Source of the DNA: Macrostomum lignano | Lineage: Eukaryota | Reading direction: 5' to 3' | Length of the DNA: 64,000 bases | Assembly (NCBI GenBank): GCA_002269645.1 | Contig: NIVC01000962.1 | Span: forward strand, 248,001-312,000 | In this document: positions 50,848-64,000 of the stretch, in pieces | Numbering within the stretch: position 1 is the stretch's first letter | How the letters are laid out: every line of letters begins with the position of its first letter | Notes under the pieces: model-generated | Told to the model about the DNA's origin: nothing | Seen by the model: only the letters and a program-made list of their open reading frames with translations | Database searches by the model: none | Translations under genes and position numbers: made by a program

Positions 50848-53800
50848 ATGTCAGACGCGCTGGACCCGCTGACCGCCGCGGCCGCCTTCGCCGAAGCCGA
50901 TGATGAAGACACATCGCAACACCAGAAACTCAATGGTGACGGGCCCGCCGCGGTCCTGCCCGCCTCGCCAGAGCTCACCCTTGCCGGCAGTCGGCGATTC
51001 GGCGATGACAACTCGCTGATGACCAGCTTTGAAGAAGGCGGCGGGGATGAAGACGAAGACAAAGGCGAAGACAGCGGCGAAGGCGAGAGCGACGCCTCAG
51101 TGACCGAGATTGTGGCCAAGTCTACTGTGCGACCGCAGCCTCGAAGCCCGCTGCCGCCACCGCCGCCTCCGCCGCAGCAGCAGCAGAAACAGCAGAATCA
51201 GCCGGCATCTTCAGCAGCGGCAGCGGCTTCCAAGCAGGAGTCCAACGACTTGTTTGTTACTGTTGACGATCCGATCAAAAAAGTGAGACCATCGTTGGTC
51301 TCTACTTCATCGCTAGATCCTCACCCACCCCTACATGGTCTCCATCCCCCCACAGAATCCTTAGCGGATCCCTAATCCGCCCCTAAGCATTCTTTTCCCC
51401 CTCTAAAGGATCCTCATCCGCCCTCTAAAGGATCCTCATCCGCCCCTGAAGGATCCTCATCCGCCCTCTAAAGGATCCTCATCCGCCCCTGAAAGATCCT
51501 CATCCGCCCTCTAAAGCATCCTCTTCCGCCCCCTAAAGGATCCTCTTCCGCCCCCTAAAGCATCCTCTTCCGCCCTCTAAAGGATCCTCATCCGCCCCCT
51601 AAAGGATCCTTATCCGCCCCTGAAGGATCCTCATCCGCCCTCTAAAGGATCCTCTTCCGCCCCCTAAAGGATCCTCTTCCGCCCCTGAAGGATCCTCATC
51701 CGCCCCTAAAGAATCCTTATCCGCCCCATAAAAAATCTTCATCCACCCCCTAAAGGATCCTCATCCGCCCCCTAAAGCATCCTCTTCCGCCCTCTAAAGG
51801 ATCCTCATCCGCCCCCTAAAGGATCCTTATCCGCCCCTGAAGGATCCTCATCCGCCCTCTAAAGGATCCTCTTCCGCCCCCTAAAGGATCCTTATCCGCC
51901 CCTGAAGGATCCTCTTCCGCCCCCTAAAGGATCCTCTTCCGCCCCTGAAGGATCCTCATCCGCCCCTAAAGAATCCTTATCCGCCCCATAAAAAATCTTC
52001 ATCCACCCCCTAAAGGATCCTTATCCGCCCCTGAAGGATCCTCATCCGCCCTCTAAAGGATCCTCTTCCGCCCCCTAAAGGATCCTCTTCCGCCCCCTAA
52101 AGCATCCTCTTCCGCCCTCTAAAGGATCCTCATCCGCCCCCTGAAGGATCCTCATCCGCCCCTTCCGTCCGCAGGTGACCACCATGGAGGCCTTCGTGCT
52201 CTACCGGGTGAGCAGCAACGGCACCCGTCCTGAGCTGGGCGACCGCGTCCACTCGGTCCGGCGCCGGTTCACCGACTTCTCCCGGCTCCGGATGGCCCTG
52301 GCCGAGGCCTGGCCGGGCCGGGTGCTGCCGCCGCTGCCCGAGAAGCACCCGCTGGCCACCATCGACCGTTTCGACTCTCGGTTTGTCGGCCGGCGCGCCC
52401 GAGCCCTTCAACGATTTCTCGGCCGGCTAGCCGACAATCCGGTCCTGTCAGCGGCGCCCGTGTTCCTGGCCTTCCTGACCGCTCCGGACAGTCAGGAGTT
52501 CGAGCGCCAGTGCAAGCAGCTGCAGCAGCCGCAGGCCTCCCTGCTCCCCCAGCTGCTGCTGTCCAAGAGCCGGCGTGCCGCTCAGTCCTCCGCTCTCCGT
52601 CCGGAGTTCGTCGCTGCCGACCGAGTCGCGGCCGGAGCCGGCCGGCTGTTTGGCCGGTTCGAGAAGGCGGCCGACCGGCTGGCCGGGGAGCTGCGGGGAC
52701 TCGCGGCCGAGGAGGCGGCCCTGGCGGAGGCGCTGTACAGCCTGCAGCTGGCCGAGAAGGCCTGGGCTGCTGATAGCGGCTGCGACAGTGCCGCTGTTGA
52801 AGACCTGCGCAGGGCGGCAAAAGCGGCCAGCGACGGGGTTCGGGCGGCCGAGGATCTGGCCGAGTTCGCCTCCGAGGAGGTCGGCCAGCCGATGCACGAG
52901 TACCTGCTGTACACCGGCTGCGTGAGGGACTGCCTGACCAGAGCGTCCGGGCTGCAGGTGAGACTGAGTGCGGGTCTGAGAGTGACTGAGTGCGGGGGGT
53001 CTGAGTGACTGAGTGCGGGGGGTCTGAGTGACTGAGTGCGGGGGGTCTGAGTGACTGAGTGCGGGTCTGAGAGTGACTGAGTGCGGGTCTGAGACTGCCT
53101 GAGTACGGGTCTGAGAGTGACTGAGTGCGGGTCTGAGACTGCCTGAGTGCGGGTCTGAGAGTGCCTGAGTGCGGGTGTGAGAGTGCCTGAGTGCGGGTCT
53201 GAGAGTGACTGAGTGCGGGTCTAGGAGTGCCTGAGTGCGGGTCTGAGAGTGACTGAGTGCGGGTCTAGGAGTGACTGAGTGCGGGTCTGAGAGTGACTGA
53301 GTGCGGGTCTAGGAGTGCCTGAGTGCGGGTGTGAGAGTGACTGAGTGCGGGTCTAGGAGTGACTGAGTGCGGGTCTAGGAGTGACTGAGTGCGGGTCTAG
53401 GAGTGACTGAGTGCGGGTCTAGGAGTGACTGAGTGCGGGTCTAGGAGTGACTGAGTGTGGGCTTGTAGTGACTGAGCACCGGTCTCAAACCGCCCCAAAC
53501 GAACAAACAGGCGCAGGCCCAGGCAGCTCAGGACAGCCTGGAGAAGGCCCGGACCGCCGAGCAGCAGCAGCCGACGCAGCCTTCGTCATCGGCGGCGGCC
53601 AGCGCCGAGCGCATCGCCGAGCTGTCCAGCAGGTCCAACCGCTTGTCCGACATCGCCAGCGCCGCCTGCGCTGACCTGACGGCCGACTTGGACCGCTGGC
53701 GCCTGGACCGGATCCGGGACACCCGCACCCTCCTGCACGGCCTGGCCGCCGCTCACACCGACCGCCTGACGACCACCGCCGAGGCCTGGGCCGCCGCCGC

Positions 53801-53912
53801 GGCCACCGCCAACGAATCGGCGAGGTCGAATTCGCCTTCGCTGGCCGCCCGGCGACAGCGGCCGCAGTTGCAACGGATGGACGATCGGGAGGGAGACAGC
53901 GATGATGATTGA
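50848..53912 (+). CDS. SNX30: Sorting nexin 7/30 (PX-BAR); exons 50848-51282, 52175-52957, 53511-53912 (about 539 aa)
   Basis: DLFVTVDDPIKK|VTTMEAFVLYRV, VRRRFTDF, LPPLPEKH...DRFDSRFV..RARALQRFL...NPVLS, EYLLYTGCVRD and DLDRWR match SNX7/30. Phase-0 GT-AG introns. Confidence 0.88.
51370..52165. repeat. About 22-24-bp minisatellite (AAGGATCCTCATCCGCCCC) filling SNX intron 1
   Basis: Direct reading. Confidence 0.9.
52958..53465. repeat. About 22-bp minisatellite (GAGTGACTGAGTGCGGGTCT) filling SNX intron 2
   Basis: Direct reading. Confidence 0.9.
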
Positions 53913-54704
53913 TAGATTGATGATTGCTTGATGATTGCTTGATGATTGCTTGATTAATTGATTGATTGCTTGATGATTGCTTGATTAATTGATTGATTGC
54001 TTGATGATTGATTGATGAATGATTGATTGCTTGATATATTGATTGACTTTTTGATGATCTCACCATCGATTGGTGATTGATGTGTTGATTGATTGATCAA
54101 TTGATCAGTCGATAATTGATTGGTCCGTTGATTTATCGATTGATTGATTAATTTATTGATCGATTGATAACTTATTGATTGCTTGATGATTGAGTGATTT
54201 ATTGATGACTGTGGTTGACTGTTTGATAGATAGATTGCTTTTTCGTTCTGTCAGAAAATGTGCCCGTATTTACCGGGCCTCTTATTTGCGACAATGTCGG
54301 ATTTTTCAGGGAAATGATGTAATAGCCTCCTCAAAGCAGGCAAACATTTAAGTCCCACATTCTAATTTATCTAGGAACTCAACATCTCACCGATACTGGC
54401 ATCGAAATTGCAACATTTTCAAGTATTCGGAGTTCGAATATCCTCTATTTTCTATTTTCACACGCGGATGAACCCCGTGTTCGCGTCTGTTCGTACTTAT
54501 ATTGATTGGCCAATCATGATTCTAGTCTGTAGAATTATAATTCGTTGCTTTTTGCTGCAGATTGATTGATTGTTTATCCAAAGTTTATTTATTATTCAAT
54601 ATGATTTCAACCTAACAATTTCTGCGATTGCTAAAGCTTTGTCTGTGTGCCGATGCGTTCGAAACAATGAGTATTTCACTGTCAACCATTATGGATAATC
54701 ATTT

Positions 54705-55262
54705 TGCCGCTCCGTCAGTCCTTGAGAATCTGCCTCTCCGCTCCATCAGTCCTTGAGAATCTGCCTCTCCGCTCCGTCAGTCCTTGAGAATCTGCCTCTC
54801 CGTCAGTCCTTGAGAATCTGCCTCTCCGTCAGTCCTTGAGAATCTGCCGCTCCGTCAGTCCTTGAGAATCTGCCTCTCCGCTCCGTCAGTCCTTGAGAAT
54901 CTGCCGCTCCGTCAGTCCTTGAGAATCTGCCGCTCCGTCAGTCCTTGAGAATCTGCCTCTCCGTCAGTCCTTGAGAATCTGCCTCTCCGTCAGTCCTTGA
55001 GAATCTGCCTCTCCGTCAGTCCTTGAGAATCTGCCGCTCCGTCAGTCCTTGAGAATCTGCCTCTCCGCTCCATCAGTCCTTGAGAATCTGCCTCTCCGCT
55101 CCGTCAGTCCTTGAGAATCTGCCTCTCCGCTCCATCAGTCCTTGAGAATCTGCCTCTCCGCTCCGTCAGTCCTTGAGAATCTGCCTCTCCGCTCCATCAG
55201 TCCTTGAGAATCTGCCTCTCCGCTCCATCAGTCCTTGAGAATCTGCCTCTCCGCTCCGTCAG
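54705..55262. repeat. 24-29-bp minisatellite (CCGTCAGTCCTTGAGAATCTGCC)
   Basis: Direct reading. Confidence 0.9.
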
Positions 55263-55639
55263 TTATACAACCAATTTCGCGGCCAAATCCCCAATTGGTC
55301 AATTTAATTAGATTTTGGCATCCAATCAAACCTGTCTGCTTCCTGCAGATCCGCTGTGACGTCACAGGCATTCACAAGTTCGATCTTAGAATTTCTGTCT
55401 GCATCCAACCCCAAAGCCTCAAATTGAACAGCCTTTTCGCTCGTGTCAGCCGCAACCCCCGCCTGTCGTGTCTTCTGTTGCTTGCTTTCTTCTGAAGAAA
55501 AGTATACAATATATTTTTATTTTTTAGTTTCCGTTAAATAAATATACAATATGGCGGATAAATCTGTTCGTTTTGCATCGGTCGCTTTTGTTTGTGTTAA
55601 ATATAGTGGCATCTCTGTGGTCTCTGGCTTGTTTGTTAG

Positions 55640-55699
55640 TGTCTGTGTCTGTGTCTGTCTGCCTGTCTGTCTTTCTGTCTGTCTGTCTTTCTGCCTGCC

Positions 55700-55736
<37 letters not shown>

Positions 55737-55755
55737 TTCTGCCTGCCTGTCTGCC

Positions 55756-55790
<35 letters not shown>

Positions 55791-55842
55791 GTGTCTGTGT
55801 GTCTGTGTGTCTGTGTCTGTCAGTCTTGTCTGTGTCTGTCTA

Positions 55843-55918
<76 letters not shown>

Positions 55919-55960
55919 CCTGTCTGTCTGTCTGTCTGTCTGTCTGTGTGTCTGTCTGTG

Positions 55961-55993
<33 letters not shown>

Positions 55994-55994
55994 T

Positions 55995-56027
<33 letters not shown>

Positions 56028-56046
56028 GTCTGTCTGTCTGTCTTAG

Positions 56047-56140
<94 letters not shown>
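55640..56140. repeat. (GTCT)n microsatellite
   Basis: Direct reading. Confidence 0.92.
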
Positions 56141-57235
56141 CTTGCCATACTCGTCAATTGGTCTTAACCACACCTCACCTGGGAACACATGTTTAATGTT
56201 CTATTCAACCACTCGCATTAGTGTATTTCCATCGATTCATGTTTTAATAAGTTTATGTTCATTGTAAAAAGAAGTATTTTATCTAAAAAAATTGCAACAG
56301 AAACGGTAAACGATGTAAATCAGTTGGTGTTCTGATTTAAGCGGCAATAATTATATTTTTTGCAGAAATGTAATCTCAATCTGTCTGGCATTCATTTTTT
56401 TGTAAAAAATGTAAACTTTGTGCGTCAAGCGAGAAACTGAAGCAGAAAGAATGTTTGGTTAGTCAAGCGATACTGGTGCGTACTGTTACTCGTATTAGAA
56501 AGCGATCGAAATTTCAAAATCGAAAGATGCGGAGATGCACCTGAGCTGGTCTACTAATTGTTAGTTGATTAGGCAGGCAGAGGCAGCATTTTTGTGGATC
56601 TGTATTTTTGTAGGAAAAGTTCGAAAAACAAAATCAAATGAGAGCACCCAGCAGGAGAGAAGATTCTCCTGCTGACGAAAATCCTCGAAGCAGAGCAATA
56701 TATAGTGCTCAAGCTTGTGTCTACAGGGTGAGCAGTGCAAGGGGTGAATTTATAACAAATAGACGTGCATCAAATGACATATCAATATAGCAAGTAAAAA
56801 ATGCCAACTGTGTTATTTAGGCAAAAAAGCTGTTTTGTGTTAATCAGTACTCTAAGTAGGAGTTGCAGTGTCGCTTTAGCTTCTGATAGATCATCGACCA
56901 AGGCTTGGGACTAAACTTTGATCTCTTATTTATGTTCGTTTGAAAAACGACTGTACAAATGTACATATAATGGTTTCTAGACAGATTTCTCTGCCCCAGC
57001 GGGATGTACATCTTATTTTTCTACCCCACCCCGCCAAGTCCGCCAAGCTTAACGCTCAAGCGATTCTTTTTCCTACCAACTAGGCCCCCTACGGTTGCAC
57101 TGTTCAATAAATTTTCCATCAAATTTTCATTGCATTGCATTGACACTGCAACATTGGGCTTTGGGGTCTTTTGGGGACAAGTGCGGTTGCGGTTTCTAAT
57201 GATTTTTTCAACTCAAAAGAAAATGCCAACCCTGA

Positions 57236-60200
57236 TTAGAATTCATCGTTTCGATCTTGATGAAGTCTAGAGCCCGTAGGCGAGGACGATGACGAGATTG
57301 AAGAAGACACGCCGCTGTTGTCTCTGGACTCTGACGCAGCAGCAGCAGCCTGAGCCGCCGCAGCCGCAGACAGATTTACTCGAAGCATCTGCTGATGCTC
57401 CATCAGCTGGACTGGGGTTGGCACTGAAAATTGAATAATCGGACACGGGCTGGGCACGTTGTTGCACACCAGATCGCGCAGAGTCGCCTCCGTTACCATG
57501 CGGAAGCCCTCAGAGCCGCCGAAAGTGGCAGGTCGCCACAGCTGCGGGCTGGCCAAGGCGTTTCCAAAGATGCCCTGCAGCGAGTAGGGGCTGCCGATTT
57601 CGATCATGGAGGAGCCAAACATGGCATGCGGCCGGTGCCGCTCCACCACCAGGCCTGGGTAGAACTCCACCGCGTCCACGTCTTTGTAGAGCGAGCGCAG
57701 GGCGCAGGCGAGGTCCTCGTCGCCACCTGGAGCGCATGTGAGAGCAGGTGCAAGAATGATATTTAGAATTGGAATCTTAAGATGGCGCTAAGAAAGGGAT
57801 TCTGCAGAATTGACTTCTATTCAAAGCTTAAGAACATTTCCACTGAGAGCTCTCTTTCACTTACCGGCCAACTCCTGGAAGGTCTTGTACGGCTTCAAGC
57901 GGAATCGCTTTCTGTAGGCATTCAACGACTGCAGGCGCAGCGTGCGGCCCATCTGGACGGCCGCCCTGGCCGCGATCAACGTCGGCTCCGGGTGGTTGTT
58001 GGCGGTGAAGGAGCCGCCGATGCTGTTCACCAGGCCCTCCACGTAGTCCCGGCTGGAATGGTCCAGCAGCTTGGTGCCGTTGAACATCTCGTCTTTCAGT
58101 CGGCGGGTCGTCCCGGCCACCCTGTAGTCGTCGGCCATCAGTGGATGCCAGTGGTACAGCAGGTTGAACTCGGCCGCGATGCGGTTCTGGTACTGCATAG
58201 CCTCGCCGTGCATCAGAGTCGGGTCGAACAGCAACTTGAAGTGGTAGTTGCTCAGGTGCTGCACGTACTCTTCCACCACAATCTTGAGCGTCTTGCCGAT
58301 CAGGATCAGCTTGGTGGTCTGGAAGATTCGTTCGTCGTCCCAGCCGGGATGCAAGCGGGCCAGCAACCCGGCGACCCGGTTGTGCTCGCGCAGGTAGATC
58401 GTCTGCCACAGGGCACCCGTGGGCAACAGATTGGCGATCTGATGGCCAACTGCGAATTGGCGGCTGACATTACGCGGGTTTGGCGCCGGGTCTGGCAGCT
58501 GTAGGTGCTGGCTGAGGAACGGCGGGAATTCCTCGCCGCGCAGCAGCTGGGAGCGCATCCGGCCGCGACGGAACTCGCGCAGCCGGTTCTCCACCTCGGT
58601 GTTCTTGCCGTACAGGTGGCTCACGTAGATCTGCGAGAGGAGGTTGGGACTCTGCTAGGCCCAGGTTGTCAGCTGAACACCAGCCTCACTCCCTTGCCCT
58701 GACATCAATGTCACTCCCTGCCCCAATATTGGTACACCCACCACCTCACTGTCAGCCCCAATGCACCCACCACCTCAATCCCTGCCCCAATACACCCACC
58801 ACCTCAATCCCTGCCCCAATACATCCACCACCTCACTCCCTGCCCCAATACACCCACAACCTCAATCCCTGCCCCAATACACCCACCACCTCAATCCCTG
58901 CCCCAATACACCCACCAACTCACTCCCTGCCCCAATACACCCACCACCTCAATCCCTGCCCCAATACATCCACCACCTCAATCCCTGCCCCAATACACCC
59001 ACCACCTCAATCCCTGCCCCAATACATCCACCACCTCAATCCCTGCCCCAATACACCACCACCTCACTCCCTGCCTCAATACACCCACCACCTCAATCCC
59101 TGCCCCAATGCACCCACCACCTCAATCCCTGCCCCATTACACCCACCAACTCACTCCCTGCCCAACTACACCCACCACCTCAATCCCTGCCCCAATACAT
59201 CCACCACCTCAATCCCTGCCCCAATCCACCCACCACCTCAATCCCTGCCCAACTACACCCACCACCTCAATCCCTGCCCCAATACACCCACCAACTCACT
59301 CCCTGCCCAACTACACCCACCACCTCAATCCCTGCCCCAATACATCCACCACCTCACTCCCTGCCCCAATACACCCACCACCTCAATCCCTGCCCCATTA
59401 CACCCACCACCTCAATCCCTGCCCCATTACACCCACCAACTCACTCCCTGCCCAACTACAACCACCACCTCAATCCCTGCCCCAATACATCCACCACCTC
59501 ACTCCCTGCCCCAATACACCCACCACCTCACTCCCTGCCCCATTACACCCACAACCTCTCACCCTTCATTGCCCCAACTGTGCCCAACTCGCTCCTACGC
59601 AAACCAATAATCAATTTAAGCATTATTGCCCAGCTCGCTCACATTATGGTCGCCCCACGTATAGCCGGGATGCTGCCGAGGGTCGGACTTGAAAAACATG
59701 TGCGAAAAGTGCTGGGCAAACGAGCCGAACAGCATGTTGGTGCCGATCGCGCTTGGCTTGAACGGCTGGCCAGGCTGGCGTTTGAACAGAATGGCGACCA
59801 CTTCGCCCACTGTCGGCAGCTGCTTCGGGCCTGAGGGCCGTCAGTTTTGGGAGCGATGCTTGTTCAGGGATGCAGAAAAAGGTCAAAGGAGTCAAAGACT
59901 GTGTGGATGGGTAAACTGGGACCAAAGGTGGTCAATGACTCGCCCATCCAATTCCAAACCAAACTTACTCTAAAGAGGTACGGATACTACTTTCAGATGC
60001 AGACATGCAGAACTGTATTCAGATAGCAGGAAATACAAAACAAAAAGTTTTGTTGTTAAAAATAGCAGACCACAGTATTAATTTGCTTATCACTAATTAT
60101 TCAATGTTTTCAAATATTGTAAACAGATCTTACGGGCTAGACAGAAGAAGATGATGGAGACTACAATTAATTCAGAATACTGAGAGACAATGTGGGATGG

Positions 60201-61970
60201 GCAGGAATGAACGGCGAGAGCCTGGGGTAGGGCGAGAGAAGGAATGGCAGCGGAGCTCGAATCCACGCTGTCTGGCGGGCAGCGCACACAGCAACAAACC
60301 GAAGCTTGGCCGAAGCTTCAGTGTGCAGAGAGAGAGTTAATGCAGTGACCTCAGCTCCATCTCATGCACGCTATAAAGAGATTTTATGGGCCACCGCAAA
60401 CACGCAAAGCATGCACATGGGAAATGGCAATAACAGCAGACACACCTGGAGAGGGAAGTGGCAATAACAACAGACACACCTGGAGAGGGAAATGGCAGTT
60501 CGACAGACACATCTGGAGAGGGAAATGAGAATAGCATGCTGAGACACATGCTGAGAGAAAAGCAATAACAACAGACACACCTGGAGAGGGAAATGGCAAT
60601 AACAACAGACACACCTGGAGAGGGGAATGGCAATAACAACAGACACACCTGGAGAGGGAAATGGCAATAACAACAGACACACCTGGAGAGGGAAATGGCA
60701 GTTCGACAGACACATCTGGAGAGGGAAATGACAATAGCATGCTGAGACACATGCTGAGAGAAAAGCAATAACAACAGACACACCTGGAGAGGGAAATGGC
60801 AATAACAACAGACACACCTGGAGAGGGGAATGGCAATAACAACAGACACACCTGGAGAGGGAAATGGCAATAACAGCAGACACACCTGGAGAGGGAAATG
60901 GCAATAACAACAGACACACCTGGAGAGGGGAATGGCAATAACAACAGACACACCTGGAGAGGGGAATGGCAATAACAGCAGACACACCTGGAGAGGGGAA
61001 TGGCAATAACAGCAGACACACCTGGAGAGGGGAATGGCAATAACAGCAGACACACCTGGAGAGGGGAATGGCAATAACAACAGACACACCTGGAGAGGGG
61101 AATGGCAATAACAGCAGACACACCTGGAGAGGGGAATGGCAATAACAGCAGACACACCTGGAGAGGGGAATGGCAATAACAGCAGACACACCTGGAGAGG
61201 GAAATGGCAATAACAACAGACACACCTGGAGAGGGAAATGGCAATAACAACAGACACACCTGGAGAGGGGAATGGCAATAACAACAGACACACCTGGAGA
61301 GGGAAATGGCAATAACAACAGACACACCTGGAGAGGGGAATGGCAATAACAACAGACACACCTGGAGAGGGAAATGGCAATAACAACAGACACACCTGGA
61401 GAGAGAAAACTGCAACGAACTCGTGGAATCCAGCAGCTGTCACTCACCAACGACGCCCATGGGTGTCGGGCAGTTCAAGGGCACGGGCGGCAGAGTCTGG
61501 CTGTAGTAGGACATGTTGCTGAAACCTTCGACTGTCGTGTACCCGACGCCCGCCCGGAAGGACGGCGGCACGGAGACCACCCCGAGACGGACCTTCAGCA
61601 CCAGGCGCATAAACAGTCGGCGGAGAAAAGTCAAACGGTTCACAACTGACCAGAGCGGCCGGAAATTGGTCACCAGGTAGTGAGTAGTCTCGGTGTCCGG
61701 GCGGAGCAGCCTGGCTAACCAGGTGGACCAGTTGGACCGCTGGCAGATCCGGCCGTAGTAGCCCGTATTGGTGCAGTCGCACTCGAAGCCGCCTGCGGTG
61801 CCCTTTTCCATGCAAATGCCGCCATTTTTGCAGGGCGACGAGCAGCAGGGGTTGAACTGCGATTCCCCGGCTGGACTCCGGCCCCGCTGATGAGGCTGCT
61901 GAGACTGCGGCTGCTGGTAGCCGCTGGACCTCAAGAATAGGACTAAGAGAGTCAGACAGCTGACTGCCAT
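57236..61970 (-). CDS. PTGS: Prostaglandin G/H synthase (cyclooxygenase); exons 61970-61448, 59830-59643, 58630-57865, 57726-57236 (655 aa)
   Basis: Signal peptide; EGF domain NPCCSSPCKNGGIC; LMRLVLKVR (Arg120); FAQHFSH (Gln203/His207); LSNY (Tyr355); EFNLLYHWHPLM (Tyr385/His388); GSPYSLQG (Ser530); C-terminus RNDEF. All splice phases are compatible (1, 0, 1). Confidence 0.93.
58705..59575. repeat. About 29-bp minisatellite (CCTGCCCCAATACACCCACCACCTCAATC) in PTGS intron 2
   Basis: Direct reading. Confidence 0.9.
60415..61405. repeat. 34-bp minisatellite (GCAATAACAACAGACACACCTGGAGAGGGAAATG) in PTGS intron 1
   Basis: Direct reading. Confidence 0.9.
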
Positions 61971-62127
61971 GGCCCACTTGGCGGCTGACGCGGCTGTGGG
62001 TGTTGGAGACGGTGGCACTGATGTACATGTAAAGCTAGGCTTGGATTAGAAGTTTCTTTTTAATGTGTTGCCAGATCGCATGAAGGAATCGACACAAGTT
62101 CTTGTCCGCTACGAGCAGGCTCACGCT

Positions 62128-62194
62128 AGGGGGTTGTCGCCTAGCGGTTGGAGCGTCGGACTCACGACTTTGAATGTCGGGGGTTCGATTCCCG
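62128..62194 (+). mobile_element. tRNA-derived SINE-like head or tRNA pseudogene fragment
   Basis: A-box-like TCGCCTAGCGGTTGG and B-box GGTTCGATTCCCG. The 3' acceptor stem is missing and the sequence runs directly into (ATCT)n. Confidence 0.55.
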
Positions 62195-62670
<476 letters not shown>

Positions 62671-62675
<5 letters not shown>

Positions 62676-64000
62676 CTATCTATAGCCAGGACCTGCACCG
62701 GAGCGGTTACGAAAATTAGATTTCTCGGTAGTTGCACGTACTCTTTTGCACTACTTGAGTAGTCTGATTTTCGTTCGGCATGGCTGGTTCCAGCAGGTAG
62801 TTCCTCTGGATAAAAGCGCTTACCGCGCCCATTGGCTTTCCAGCTGCCTTAATCGTTTCCGGTGATCTTGTGTGCGTGCTTTCAGCTTGATTGGCTGCGG
62901 CAAGCAAGCTCGAAAGAGCTCGCTTCGCTCGCTCTTTCTCGCTATCTACTATCTATAGCCAGGACCTGCACCGGAGCGGTTACGAAAATTAGATTTCTCG
63001 GTAGTTGCACGTACTCTTTTGCACTACTTGAGTAGTCTGATTTTCGTTCGGCATGGCTGGTTCCAGCAGGTAGTTCCTCTGGATAAAAGCGCTTACCGCG
63101 CCCATTGGCTTTCCAGCTGCCTTAATCGTTTCCGGTGATCTTGTGTGCGTGCTTTCAGCTTGATTGGCTGCGGCAAGCAAGCTCGAAAGAGCTCGCTTCG
63201 CTCGCTCTTTCTCGCTATCTACTATCTATAGCCAGGACCTGCACCGGAGCGGTTACGAAAATTAGATTTCTCGGTAGTTGCACGTACTCTTTTGCACTAC
63301 TTGAGTAGTCTGATTTTCGTTCGGCATGGCTGGTTCCAGCAGGTAGTTCCTCTGGATAAAAGCGCTTACCGCGCCCATTGGCTTTCCAGCTGCCTTAATC
63401 GTTTCCGGTGATCTTGTGTGCGTGCTTTCAGCTTGATTGGCTGCGGCAAGCAAGCTCGAAAGAGCTCGCTTCGCTCGCTCTTTCTCGCTATCTACTATCT
63501 ATAGCCAGGACCTGCACCGGAGCGGTTACGAAAATTAGATTTCTCGGTAGTTGCACGTACTCTTTTGCACTACTTGAGTAGTCTGATTTTCGTTCGGCAT
63601 GGCTGGTTCCAGCAGGTAGTTCCTCTGGATAAAAGCGCTTACCGCGCCCATTGGCTTTCCAGCTGCCTTAATCGTTTCCGGTGATCTTGTGTGCGTGCTT
63701 TCAGCTTGATTGGCTGCGGCAAGCAAGCTCGAAAGAGCTCGCTTCGCTCGCTCTTTCTCGCTATCTACTATCTATAGCCAGGACCTGCACCGGAGCGGTT
63801 ACGAAAATTAGATTTCTCGGTAGTTGCACGTACTCTTTTGCACTACTTGAGTAGTCTGATTTTCGTTCGGCATGGCTGGTTCCAGCAGGTAGTTCCTCTG
63901 GATAAAAGCGCTTACCGCGCCCATTGGCTTTCCAGCTGCCTTAATCGTTTCCGGTGATCTTGTGTGCGTGCTTTCAGCTTGATTGGCTGCGGCAAGCAAG
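62671..64000. repeat. 273-bp tandem array, at least 4.9 apparently identical copies, continuing past the window end
   Basis: Units start at 62671, 62944, 63217, 63490 and 63763. Confidence 0.95.

Noticed and set aside
58666-61450. Pro/His-rich and Cys-rich 300-370 aa ORFs
   Set aside because: Translations of intronic minisatellites within PTGS.
62716-63999. Repeated 63-aa ORF in the 273-bp array
   Set aside because: It starts at a non-ATG codon, has no recognisable domain and is a by-product of the tandem repeat. I also found no match to 5S, U snRNA or SL RNA motifs that I know.

Overview
Eukaryotic (animal) genomic DNA. It is most likely the flatworm Macrostomum lignano or a relative; this is inferred from the GC-rich, few-exon genes whose introns are filled with minisatellites. 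Host genes: a PLAC8/cornifelin-family gene, IFT27, a type II membrane TNF-like gene, SMCO4, PEX2, SLC39A9 (ZIP9), SLC25A34/35, SNX7/30, and a complete cyclooxygenase (PTGS) with all catalytic residues. Mobile DNA: a full-length APE-RT-RNaseH LINE (LOA/R1-group-like, 12-bp TSD), an intact young BEL/Pao LTR element inside an SLC25A35 intron, two inverted copies of a hAT-type non-autonomous element, other MITEs, an RTE fragment, a tRNA-like SINE head and a 273-bp tandem array running off the window end. The best finding is a hand-folded HDV-like self-cleaving ribozyme whose predicted cleavage site coincides exactly with the LINE 5' end. It has a compensatory A-U pair in P1.1 and a 173-nt structured J1/2. 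Also notable: PEX2 and SLC25A35 have no nearby in-frame ATG but begin at phase-0 splice acceptors, consistent with the flatworm spliced-leader AUG acting as start codon. Exon boundaries were derived by hand from splice signals and recalled family motifs; no database searches were run.
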